A DNA stretch of 63,229 nucleotides, counting the filler, from Asterionella formosa (Eukaryota), in assembly GCA_002256025.1 (NCBI GenBank). It is 25 parts of 25 records of this genome, joined end to end, with 100 filler letters (N's around TTAATTAATTAA, not from the genome) between each part and the next. Parts side by side here need not be neighbours in the genome. Positions count along the whole stretch, not along the records: positions 23,852 to 24,955 come from NKIB01004310.1; positions 25,056 to 42,787 come from NKIB01004311.1; 23 more parts are not named here. The stretch is one strand, 5' to 3'. The translations under genes were made by a program, and so were the position numbers. Position 1 is the stretch's first letter, and every line of letters starts with the position of its first letter. Under the pieces are notes generated by a model. It searched no databases. It had not been told where the DNA came from and saw only the letters and a list, made by a program, of their open reading frames with translations. Positions 23,852-36,432 of the stretch are shown here, piece after piece.

Positions 23852-24955
23852 GTTTACATCAACGAAAAGGGAACACGAAGAACAGGTTCTCGAAGTGTGA
23901 TGAATGGGATTGAAACTTAGTTTTAGTTTAATCTTATAATTAAGAAACAGTGAGAATTGACAGAGTAAGGTCAATAGCGAAAACTAGCACGAAGGCTAGC
24001 AGCAGAAAGAAGATAACAATACTAGTGGTATAACAGGTAAGTTCTACGTAAGAGGAACCCGTCAGACGGGAAGGAGTACGAGACCTTTCAACACGCTTTA
24101 AAGCGTTCACTTTAAGGCCACAGGCTACTCAGGAACCATGGGAAGTGACGAAGACACGTCAGTGAGGTTGCCGACATTCGATGGGCAAGATGCTAAATGG
24201 CACATGTGGAAAGCGAAGTTTCTCGCATACGCGTGCTACAAGAACTTTCAAGGAATACTTAACGGTGACGAACTACCAAGAGGAGAGAAAGACCTAAAGG
24301 GCGATACGATCGTGTTGTCGGATGCTGACGAGAGACGCATCCGAAGGAGTAACACAGTTGCTTACGCAAGTCTGATAATGGCATGCCAGAGTGGGCCATT
24401 CGGACACGTAAATAATGCAAGAAGTGCCGAGTTTCCTAACGGCAATGCTAAAGAAGCATGGGACAAGCTCATTTCTACGTATGAGTCAGGCAACATGGCG
24501 AATGTCATTGCCTTGTCCCACCAATGGACGAAGTGCACTCTAGGGGAAAACGAGAACCCCGACAGCTGGTATGTGGAGTTGGATCGAATCCGGGAACGAT
24601 TGGGCAATACGAGCTCCGCCGTTTCGGATGGTGCCTATGTGGCACACATGATCAACAACCTACCTGAAAGCTACAAGAGTTTGGTAGTAGGAAGGTTCGG
24701 CCTGGCGCGCAACACGCTAACGGTCGAAGAGATTAAGACAGACATCCGGGACTACTACGATCTATATGTCCGGGATGACGTCAAAACGACTGACAAGAAC
24801 AAGAGTGAACAGGCCTTCTACACGAAAGGGAAGTTCAAAGGTGACTGTCGTAAGTGTGGCAAGTATGGCCACAAGGCGGCTGAATGTCGCAGCAAGGGCA
24901 ATAGTGCCGACAAGAAGGAGCTCACTCCTGAGCAGAAAGAAAAGAGGAAAACGAT
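23852..24955 (+). mobile_element. Ty1/copia retrotransposon 5' region with gag ORF (24138 to contig end)
   Basis: LPTFDG..WHMWKAKFLAYA, AKEAWDKL, INNLPESY, zinc knuckle CRKCGKYGHKAAEC. Confidence 0.9.
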
Positions 24956-25055
24956 NNNNNNNNNNNNNNNNNNNNNNNNNNNNNNNNNNNNNNNNNNNNT
25001 TAATTAATTAANNNNNNNNNNNNNNNNNNNNNNNNNNNNNNNNNNNNNNNNNNNN

Positions 25056-25192
25056 GAAACCCCTCTGGTCCTGAGGTTCCCAACAAGAAGTATTACGATC
25101 CTCGTATGGCTCTCCGTTCTGGTGAGGAAGCCATGGCCGCGCGTTTGTGTCAGGCTGCTGAGGATCTGAACTGCGTCAATGTCCTTAACTAG
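25056..25192 (+). CDS. FBA: Class II fructose-bisphosphate aldolase, C-terminal fragment (not in the ORF track)
   Basis: Own translation from 25058: NPSGPEVPNKKYYDPRMALRSGEEAMAARLCQAAEDLNCVNVLN*; PNKKYYDPR is the FbaA-type signature. Confidence 0.9.
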
Positions 25193-26220
25193 AAAAGGAC
25201 ACATCACATATGTATCGTCGAGTCAAGGTGATTCGACCATAGTAATTTCACGGTTTTTAAGAACCATGTATTATCCGCACCCAGTGCATTAATTGCCCTT
25301 CGCTATATTTTTCACATCAATTGTGAGCTTTCCAATGATTGTTCATACTTAATAAGTAATTAACTAGGATCTAGGAAAAATATGTTTGATGTTTATGGTA
25401 GTGCTAGGACAAGTATCAAATAATGGTTCCATGTGAAGGACATGCATAGTGAATACGACCCATATGCTAGTGATTGTCCATACTAGGAAACCCTGACATA
25501 TTTTAGAGATTTATGCAACAGGCAGTATATAGTGCAAAAGTACATTTCAAGTCATGTGATAATTATTTATTAACACTTGATTCACAAACTGATTTATCAC
25601 TTCGTGAAAAGTATGGAACTCACACAAATCATTTCTTGGGTCACTTTTACAGTTATGTAGAGGGAAGGTTCTTCAGAAACTCTTACGGTTAGTTCCATAG
25701 TACTGTTTTTCATAGGCAGATTAAGTTACATTCTTGACAGTAGTTACCCCAAAATTTGGGTGATTGGCATGCAATTCTCTGCTCTGACATGAAAAATTCA
25801 TTGTAAATGCTCTGGCATCAAATTCTAGTTTGCTCAGTACATGTGGATTGTTTTGGGCTATTGATTTTCGTTGGTCAACGTCCTGACTTTTATAGGTGTG
25901 TGTAATGCATATCAGCAATTACTACCAACAAGATAAAGTTAAATAAACTAACGAGCATGCATTTGTGGACAAAATATATTTTGTTTTACAGACGTCGAGT
26001 AATGTAGCAAAAGTTTTGTGAATGCTTGGATTTATGACAGGCTAGCCATCCATGTCGATAATCTCATCAGCCTCCTTTTTGAGGTTGTGAAACAAGCAAT
26101 TGGCGATCTATTGTCACTGTTCAGTTATTGAGTTCTTATTGTTATGTCAATTGAGTATGGTCAACAAAAAGGGGGGGGTCTGGAGCAAACATTCCAATCG
26201 GGGCACGATTCTACGAAAAA

Positions 26221-26482
26221 CGCGCCAAAAAAACCAAGTCAGGTTCGCCTAATTCTAGACTACTGAGAACATATATCATTTACAACATTTATAGTTTCAA
26301 CATCGCAACATTGAACTTTCCGGGTTACAATCCCGACTTTCCTCTATTTTTCGCGCAAAAAAAACCAAGTCAGGTTCGCCTAATTCTAGACTACTGAGAA
26401 CATATATCATTTACAACATTTATAGTTTCAACATCGCAACATTGAACTTTCCGGGGTACAATCCCGACTTTCCTCTATTTTT
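26221..26482 (+). repeat. Near-perfect tandem duplication, 2 x 131 bp
   Basis: cgcgc..aaaaaaccaagtcaggttcgcctaattctagactactgag...cctctatttt repeated at 26221 and 26352. Confidence 0.93.
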
Positions 26483-27140
26483 CTTAGTACTTAGTCTACG
26501 TTGGCAGTCTGTAGCGCTGCTGCTGACACCCCCTCCTCAGTCACCATGTCCTCTTTGGACACTGCCGCTTCTTTCGCTTACCCCTCCTCCACTCTTTTTC
26601 ATGCTCAACTTTCACTGTTAGACCTGCTGGTCACTCCACAGCAAAAATCAGTCAAATCCACCTGTTCCTTCCTAAGGAAACGACTTTCGCCTACTTTGCG
26701 CGCCTCTGACAGCACATTTGTCAAACGAGTCTACAGACTAACCTACACGCTGCTTCTGATCCTCCTCCTGTGCACCATGCCCGTTTTGGGCACCTTTGCT
26801 GCCGCTCTTCCACTTCATTTCCCTCCACCACCAGTGTCTCATCCCAACGATGCCCTTAAGAATTCAAAGAATGCGGAATCATCCAGAACCCCTCTCTCCA
26901 AACTGCAAAAGAAACCCAAACCCGCAGAACCATTGGTTGGCGCACATCTAAGCTGCATATTACGTGAAGTGACCATCACCTAAATAAGCCTAGTTGATTT
27001 TGAGTGGATCACATGAATTAGTTGAATACATCAAAATGCTTACTTGAATATATCTATAAATTATCTGAATACATCACGTTAATTATTTGATCAGAGTATC
27101 ATGCATGCATTCCTGATCATCACTATATTACGTGATCACC

Positions 27141-27210
27141 TTCACATAATTATTTGAAATACTTCACGTAATTATTTGAAATACTTCACATAATTATTTG
27201 AAATACTTCA
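27141..27210 (+). repeat. 22-bp tandem array (3 units) in family A subterminus
   Basis: unit ttcacataattatttgaaatac. Confidence 0.92.
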
Positions 27211-28653
27211 ATTAATTCTGTAATTTAGTTCACATTGCCTTATAATTTTGTTCAGGTAATTCTACAATATAGTTCACGAAATGTATTAAATTTGTTAACG
27301 TAATTTAAAAGTACAATCAAATATGTTGATTTCTAATGCAACTGCCGGTATTTCACATTACATGGGAAACAAATCTCGATATGCAATCAGACAGAGCAGT
27401 TCTTTCAGAATGGCATCTTCAGTCTTGAGAAGTCAGGCATTATGAGACATCTGTAAGGACAATGCAAGACAAACAGAAGCTGTTCATTTTGAATGAAAAA
27501 ATTATTCATTCTTGAAGAGGCATCATGGTGCGAAATTGCAACAGGAATGTTTCACACTGGTGGCTTCCTTCTTGTCCTTGAAATGACTTCTTCATTGACC
27601 TGCAAAGATTTACATAACAACAGTGTGTCAGTAATTCATTTAATAGAACTAGCAAGAAAGCAGAAAGCAACACACGCATGTGCTATTCAACTGTTTCACG
27701 GAGCAGTCAAATTGACAGCAAGACACCGGTATTAGCCACCAGGCAGCACCGCAACTCACTGATGCATTCAAAATAATGCTCCTGTTGTGAAATGGACGGC
27801 TAAAATGTAAAATAAATGTAGAGAACAATAATAACAAAAGCGTGTGATTTATCGCTCGCTTTGCTGATGTGATGACAAAAACTGAGGATTAAGCTTACCT
27901 TAGTAAAATCTTCCATTGCGGGTCTCCATATTGCATCATTTCACCTCCTATCAAACCTGCATTCAAAAAACACTCCTTTTCTGAAATGGCCTGATCAAAT
28001 GTCAAATGAATCTTGAGGCAGAACAGCAGCATATCATTATGAATTGTCACTCGCTTGGTGATATGATAGCAAAAAAGCAAGAATAAATATTACCTTAAAA
28101 GCATCCATTGCGGACGATCTCAATGTTGCATCATTTCACCTTTTGTTGGTGCAACAAACCATACTATGTAAGCTGGCTGATAAAAGATTTGTTAATAGTG
28201 AGGCAGCTGAAAATCTGGAAGGGGGATGCTAGCTAGTTATAAGGGTCGTCCCCATGTTGAAAATAAATTGTTCACAGTGGTGTTGAATGTTGGTGTTTTT
28301 ATGAATTCAGATGGTCAAAAATCCTGGCGTAGCCATGACTTCCTCTTTGTACCAACAGAACCTACAATCTACACGAAAAAATCTGGCGCAGTCTTGCTAA
28401 CAATTTCGTCGGGAAAAATTTCTGAGGCTACAAGTGTGACTTGAACAAATATGACAAGAGGGAGAGGACACAGCCAATAGTTACTCCTAATTGCATATGC
28501 ACTGGATGAGCTACCATTAGCCTCGTCCTACTATAGTAAAAAAATACGCCTGGATTTTCTATTGAAAACAATCAACTGATGAGTTAACCAATTTACTCGC
28601 ATGATGAAATTTTAATCTGTTGTGTCTTCCTCAATTCTGTGTGATTTGTACAT

Positions 28654-29100
28654 TCAGAGCATTGTAGCAACTGCGTGGCAACCCATCGGTCCCATGCTTG
28701 TTCCGCCTAAAAAGAGCTCTTTGATCCCTTGAGTGTCATTGACTCCATATGACGTTTTTTTCCTTCTCAGTTCATCTTCTAGAATGGCTTCTGTTACTGA
28801 TTTTTTGCTCCATCTGGCCCTAATCGGTTTCATGGCTCCTTCTTCCCGCATGTGATTCCCTGCCAAGTAGAGCATATGCAAGGCAGATCCAAACAAAGCA
28901 CGTGCCTATGATCTATTCCCATCATTGCCGAAGATCCAACAATCCCAAAGCGCGGTGTGCTGAAATCGTCCCGACAGCCAACGTATTAAAACATACCTTC
29001 GTTGCCCAAGTTGTTGTAACCTGGTTTGAGAATGAAGATTTGAATTCTGCAGCAGGGACACTTTGACTAAGCGTGCGTCCGATGACTGCAATCCTCGCTG
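28654..29100 (-). pseudogene. Degenerate RNI-like leucine-rich-repeat gene fragment inside the family A element
   Basis: ALHMLYLAGNHMREEGA and IKELFLGGTSMGPMGCHAVATML match LxxLxLxxNx(I/M)xxxGa repeats; frame is broken upstream. Confidence 0.55.
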
Positions 29101-32100
29101 TGATAATCAATCTACCAATCATGAGTACAGATGGAGTATTTGAGGGAAAGAAGCGCCAAGAAGGGGTTAGAACAACTGAGCCACCACGACACAGCACAAG
29201 ACAACAACACGCACTCGGGGTTCTTGTACCAGTACTTAACTTGGTTAGCTATCGTCGCATGAGTGCTTCTAATAAGCGCTGAAGGACACTCTCTCGAGTC
29301 GGCGTTGCTTTGGCGTAGTGGTGCAACTTCAATTTTCCAATTTTACTTTGACAATGCTCACTTACTTCAGCCTAGAGCGGTGATGTTTATGGTTGCGTCA
29401 ATTTGGTGCATGAGGATGGCGAAAACTCTTTTCACTGTCATTTCTTGGCCAATTCATACCTTCTCGGCATATGTACCACCATACGTTACTTGAGTTGTCT
29501 TTCGCAATGATTCATCTTCTAAAACAATTTTATCTTGAATTTTTAAAATGTGTAGTTGTAACATCAACCAGTTTTGTCTTGGAAATCACTGTATGATTCT
29601 GAACCATCACATGAAAACCTCGAAGAGAAGTCTTGTTCACTATAATAGTTCATATCATTTACGTGAAGTGCACAACTATAAACTGTAGATTGTTCATGCA
29701 TGAAATAAGACACCACAAATATCCTTACTATTTCACAAATAAAGATGCGTGTAGTAAATGAATTATCCACGAGAGCAGGATATTAGTTGAACTTTGAAAT
29801 GAATTATTTGAAACATCAACTATTTCAGTCTCGAGTTCAAAGTTCATTGTGAAAACTTCAAATGAAACCGTTAAAAGTAACCTTTTTTACGGGAAGAGTA
29901 GCATTAATTCATGTGAAGTACCACGTAATACCACTCCTACGTAAATGAAATTTCGAAAAGTGGCGTATTTTGCGGCTTAGATGCATATCATGCACCATTC
30001 TCCAATCCCCGCATTTACCACCAGTTTCACTTCTCCTTCCCCTCGACTGAACCCTGCCTCTCCTTCACTCCTATATCACTGCATTATTCTTTCATTCCAG
30101 GCCTCCTTTCTACAATAATTTTCTTCCACGTCTTTGCGCCAGTGTTTATCCCATTCATTTGAATAGCACCAGCTAACTCAATACTCTGCCTTCACCATCT
30201 GAACTTTTCTAGCTACCTCGTTGTGTCCTCATTCTTACTCCTAGAATCCAAGATAATCTCATATCTCTCTCTCTGCCTTCTGAGACCATTTGTCATGACC
30301 ATTTTTGTTTCTCTCACTTTCCCCACCAAAAAATCTAAGCGCCACATGGGCTCCTTGCCTAATTCACACCCAATAACAAAATCTCCTCATCCTCCGCATG
30401 GGCTCCTTGCCTGGCTCCCCTGTCCTAAATTCACAATCCTGGCCCTCTGGGCCACAGTGCGACCCAAAGAACTCCACCATAGTCGAGGCTCTATAACGCG
30501 TGCTTAAAAATTTTCTTTGCAACTATTATTTACAACATTTGGTTTGGAATAATTTTTAAATATGACGAAGGGCCGCCCATTAGCCGGAGAATTATTGGAA
30601 CTTGCGATTCATGAGAGGCAATCATGACCTAAGGTTTGGTTGCAATGATAGTTGAACAGAAGAAGTACCTATGAAAGGCTGCACCATGAGCCGATGATGT
30701 CATCTTTCATTGCGCACCAGCATCATGCTTTTTGTTTTTGTCATATCATGAGCAAGTGAAATGATAACAACAACTTTGTTGTCGAACATGTCTCTCTAAA
30801 TATCTGTACATACATGCAATTTATGGGTTCTTTCCGGCTCAGTATGCTGATTTCAGCCTCTCTTTGAGGCTCAACTTGAAAAACTTCTTGTTACTTTCCT
30901 TTAACTTTAGATACATTTTTGGATAGTAATTTTTCTACTCATTAAAAAAGGGCTATACATACAAAAGAAAAAGAATTGTAATTTGAACTACTATTTTTTG
31001 GCTGTGTGCCAGTCACAGCATAAAAAATTCTTCAGACACAGATCAGTCTGGACTGGAAAGACTCAATACTGTTTCAATGGAATGATGTAAACAACAATCA
31101 ACACTTTGAAGCACGCCTATGGAGCATACACAACATGACCAAGTCATCATTTTCCAGTCTTCACATGTTTTTTGAAGGTGGGAAGTTTCAGCATCCAAAA
31201 GTTCTGTCCAGAATTTTTTGTGCCTTTGGGCAGCCCAATTTCTCTGTGCTCAGTATTTTTGGTCAATCTTGAAGATTTTCTCGGAGATTTTCTTCTTCTT
31301 CTATACGAGCGCCTCAGCAAAGCGCTTGCAAAAACCGAGCATACCATCAAACTCCCTCCTTACAAAAGTGTTGTTTTTCAAACATGGCATCTTCTGCTGT
31401 GGCTGAAAGGAGCAATGCTAAGAACATTCTATTTAGCCACCATTTCATCGCCCATAATAGCACCTCCAAAATCATTTGGGAATCACGCTTTGCATCATGC
31501 ACATTCAACAGCATGTAGAAATTTGTAGTGGCTGTGGAAAACAAACTGTATAGTTTGTAATTTGTTTTTGTTAGCTATTAATGATCTGGACACACATTCC
31601 CCTTCACCATCATGCTCATTGCACCATTTTTTCAATCCATCTGATTGGTTACAGGTTTGCCCTCTACCTTTTGATCAAAAATAAAAGGAGTAGAATCGTT
31701 CCAGAACTCTAAAGGAAAGAATAAATCAAATAACTGGAAGTAAGCAGTAGACTTCAAATGATTTGGAAATCACGAAAACATTAGATTGCTCTTTGATGCA
31801 GCATTCAGCTGTCTCTTGTCGCAAATTCCTGACTTCTTCCACTCATCATCAAACAAATTGTTTGCAACTTCCTCATGACCAAAGCCTTTTCAGATGCTGG
31901 GGCATTGTCAACGACACCAATATCAACAAATCCATCTGGAATGGCAACATCGTCAGGATCATGAACTGCGCCAGTACACTTGACTAGTTTGAGAAGCTCT
32001 GAAGGCATCGCTTCACCTTCTGCTGTGGTATAGCTAGTATTAGGGAGTAACTGAGAAGTCGTCGTGAGCTGCTGGAGAATGCATGGTGCATCATGTCGTC

Positions 32101-34168
32101 TCAGCCTTGACCATGAAAAAAAATCTACATGAAAAAAGAGAACGACGCTTTGCTATTGGATATGTACATTAAGCACAATATAGAAAACAAAATCTTAAAA
32201 AGAATAGTTGAAAATCACTAAAATTGACAATGAGAATTGAAATAGCCAATAGCACATTTTTTAATGAAAATTATAGATTCACAATTCAAAATGACGATGT
32301 TATTAGCAGATTTGACACTTTCACTGTAGCTGTACAACGACTACAAAGACGACAAAAACAATAGCATGATTAATTAAAGTGAAAGATGTAAAACAAGTTT
32401 TTATTAGCTTAGATTTGATTGCTTGTATCAACGCTGCAAAATGGATGCACTGTGACATGGGAATGATAGAAGTATGATGGTGATGAGATTGCAAAATTGT
32501 TTGCTTACCAGTAAGTACCAGAATACTACCATTATTTTCTTCATTATACTATCTAGTCAACATTCATATAGTATAAATAACAAAATTACCGGTATACTAT
32601 GCATTATCTTCATTAGTCAATAGTTGATATAGACTAGTGCATTGTATACTTGTATAGATAACATGCCTACATACTGTACATACATACTGGTAGTTTATAA
32701 TTGTTATATTGGGTTGTTGGAATGATGACGCTGGCAGCTGTGAATTTCCAATCCCAACAACTTTGACAACCGTGAATTGAGATAGGTTGGTTTCATCACT
32801 TCAGCTGGAAAAGGTGAAAGATTTTGAGTTTGGAGAAAATAAAGCAACGTAAGCAAGACTTGCTTACTTTTGCTAACAAGGAGTATTGCTTACTTTTGAT
32901 TTAGGCCGCCCCTCTATTGCCCTGGTCATTGTTGTGTTTTCTTGACATCTCCCTGTTCTTTTGAAGAATAAAATTTTTCACTACATAGATGAGTGGTGAT
33001 ATACAGACGATTTTGAAGAGTGAATTGATGACGTTTTTTATGTACTTAAATTCCTGTCCTACATCACTTTATTAATTTCAGCAAGAAAATACAGCAACTA
33101 GGAGGTGCTTCATCGCCGTGTTATACCTGTACATATACAGGGTATGGTAGACTACCTGGTACCAGGTACCCTGGTACATGGTACCATGTACAACTCGGAG
33201 TATTCTTTGTACGGTATCTACTCTGGAGTACATCGTACCAGGGTACCTGGTATCTGGTACTGTATGTAATTTCAATTGATGTTTTAGAATTGCATTGCTG
33301 CAGACACTGTTGTGACGGTACTTGGGACGGAGTACCGGTACCATGTACCAGTTTTGTATAAAGCGGTATTTTTACAAAAACAAAATTACCGGTACCGGTA
33401 TATCATACTGTGGAAGTTAGCAGAGGTATCACCTCATTGCGCCACATCGTGCAATTGCTTTTCTCCTTGCTGGCTTGGTGTTCTTCTTTGTTGTGCGAAA
33501 ATGCATTTGGTGGGACTTTTGTGTCCCGCACGACGACTACGTTACCGGTACTCCTGGTACCTGGCTACCAGGCAGTGAATGTCCCAAACCGGTATCTGGT
33601 AGGTGGTGTGGTCTGGATGGTGATGCCGACGACGACATCAATCAATTACTTGTGCCAATGCCTCTGGTGCTATATACCAGTACAGATTACAAAGTATGCA
33701 AATGATAGTCGTACCAGGTACCTGGTACCCTGGTACCGGTAGCATTACAGAACAGGATATTGCAGTTGAGCACGGTTCTTACTTAATATTCCCGAAAACA
33801 AAGCTAAATTTCTCACACCGTAAGTAGCAAGTACTATGAAGTAGTCTATGACATCAGCCACATCGCTCAATGATCATGAGATGATAATAAACAACCATCA
33901 GTAAATACCTCATACCTTTTAGACTACATACCAGGTACAATAGATGGGACCAACGACATATTACAGTACATTATCATTATAATATACCGGTAATTATTTA
34001 CAGATACTGGTGCTCACTGGAGTATATTTTATGGCAAGGAATCACAGCATCAGCCTAAAGGAGGTCCCTGGTCACTGGTACATACGTAGAAACAGATGTG
34101 ACGATCTTGTCTCATAAAAATCAAATCCCCTCCAACCTCTTGCAACGTCTATTGCTTCCTCAATTATC

Positions 34169-36033
34169 ATGATCTCTAACACCTCTGACGTTCCAACTCT
34201 CGCCGGTAACTATATCACTTTGGATATGGTGAAGGCACCAACCATTGTCAAGTCTCGGCGTTCTAAAATCATTTGTACTCTTGGCCCTGCATGTTGGGGT
34301 GTGGAACAGCTCGAGACGCTCATGGATGCTGGAATGAGTGTGGCTCGTTTCAACTTTTCCCATGGCGATCACGAGGGTCATAAGGCTTGTTTGGATCGTC
34401 TCCGTACTGCTGCAACCAACAAGAATCGCAATATTGGTACGTGTAATGTCTCGGTATTGCTTGAGATGTTTTGTCGACAAATTAGATCAATGGTAGCGTC
34501 CGCCAACTGCTGGCACTGGCACCAGGTACCACCACTACCCGACACACACGCTTGTCTCTCCAAGGGGTATACATCGAATGCACCACAGCATTGGTTGTCA
34601 TGGAGATGTGTGTGATTACATCATTAGAGATTGATGTGCACACGACTAACTGTTCCCTTTCCTTCTCGCCTCGCATGACTTTCCCTGTACAAACAGCGGT
34701 TTTGTTGGACACCAAAGGACCCGAGATTCGCACTGGATTCTTTGCTGATGGAAAAGATAAAATTGACCTTGTGAAGGGTGAGACCATTATTCTTACTTCG
34801 GATTATGCGTTCAAGGGAGATTGTAAGAAGATGGCGTGTTCCTACCCAGCCTTGGCTTCCTCGGTCAATCCTGGACAACAGATTCTCATTGCTGACGGGT
34901 CGCTCGTCTTGGTGGTCCTCACTTGTGATATTCCAGGAGGACAGATCAAATGCCGTATCGAGAACAACGCCACTATTGGAGAGCGCAAGAACATGAACCT
35001 TCCTGGTGTCATTGTTGATCTTCCCACTTTCACAGAAAAGGACATTGACGACATTGTCAACTTTGGAATCAAGCACAACGTGGATTATATTGCCGCATCC
35101 TTTGTCCGCAAGGGGTCAGACGTTCGGAACTTGCGCAAGCTACTTGCCGATAATGGTGGTCAGCATATTAAGATTATATGCAAGATTGAGAATCAGGAAG
35201 GTCTCGAGAACTACAATGAAATTCTTGAGGCCACTGACGCTATCATGGTGGCTCGTGGCGACTTGGGGATGGAGATCCCACCTAGCAAGGTATTCCTTGC
35301 ACAAAAGTATATGATTCGCGAAGCCAATATCGCTGGAAAGCCTGTTATTACGGCGACACAGATGCTCGAATCGATGATTACCAACCCCCGTCCTACACGT
35401 GCGGAATGTTCGGATGTTGCCAACGCCGTGTACGATGGAACGGACTGTGTTATGCTTTCGGGAGAGACTGCAAACGGACCATATGGGGAGCAGGCTGTTG
35501 CCGTCATGGCCAGAACTTGCTGCGAGGCAGAGTGCAGCCGCAACTATGACAGTCTTTACCAGTCCATCCGCAACAGTGTCGCAAACCGATACAAAGTCAG
35601 TGCCGGAGAATCTCTGGCGTCGTCTGCTGTCAAGACTGCAATTGATATCAATGCCAAGTTTATGGTGGTCCTCAGTGAGACCGGCAATACGGCCAGGCTC
35701 GTTGCAAAGTTTCGTCCTGGTCGATTCATCGTCTGCTTGACCCCTAGAGAAACAGTGGCCCGTCAATGTAGTGGTATCCTTAAGGGTGTCCATGCCTACA
35801 CGGTCGATTCCCTAGAAGACACTGAGAATTTGTTGAAAATTGTCTCGCATGAAGCCATCAAGTCTGGTATTGCGCAAGCTGGAGACAAGATGGTTGTTGT
35901 TTGCGGAAACACATATGGTACTGGAGCAAATGATCAGATCAAGGTCGAGGTCATCACGGAGTCGCCCACACCGAGCGGCGAGGGTTGCTCTATTGGTCAT
36001 TTGAAGAAGGGATTCTCTTTTTCTGGTTTGTAG
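34169..36033 (+). CDS. PK: Pyruvate kinase, 2 exons (34169-34436, 34697-36033)
   Basis: KIICTLGPA, ARFNFSHG, LDTKGPEIRTG, KIENQEG, MVARGDLG, ATQMLESM, PTRAE, MLSGETA; GT-AG intron. Confidence 0.97.
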
Positions 36034-36432
36034 AGGTTGTGTCCTTGATAGCGGGCTTGCTAAGTGCTTTTATAGATATATCGTTTGATTCATTGGTTGG
36101 TCCTTTGTGGCTTGCCCCCTTGCTTCACTAGTTAGGTCGAGCAAACAATCTCCTCCGTGCTGTCAAACTGAATGAGTGTGCCAATAAGTCAAGTCAATTG
36201 CGAGCTAGGATCTCCACTGTCTGGCCACAAGCAACAGGTCAATCGAAAGCACCACAGTATTTTACGTTTGTCACAGGTAACACCACATCGTCAACTACTA
36301 TGTATTAGGCCATTTGCTACCCGTGCAACGCTACATTGTCGGAGTATACGTATGCAAACTTGAATCTTAAAAAAGATGAAGAGATCGTCACGTTATCGTG
36401 ATGAGCTAGTATAATATGTTTGTTTCTCATTT

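Larger units (their letters stand above)
26945..29983 (+). mobile_element. Non-autonomous TIR DNA transposon, family A (CATCTA termini), apparently complete
   Basis: Left end CATCTAAGCTGCATATTACG (other copies CATCTAAGCCGCGTATTACG); right end reverse complement CATCTAAGCCGCAAAATACG; CA on both flanks; left ~750 bp homologous to 45421 onward. Confidence 0.75.

Noticed and set aside
26501..26983. 160-aa ORF as a gene
   Set aside because: Non-ATG start, low-complexity composition, runs into the family A terminus; likely an antisense TE relic
30560..32920. Decayed pogo/Tc5-like transposon (WYARFCKRF-like patch, possible mariner-like end near 32916)
   Set aside because: Too degenerate; no DDE motif or paired TIR could be confirmed by eye
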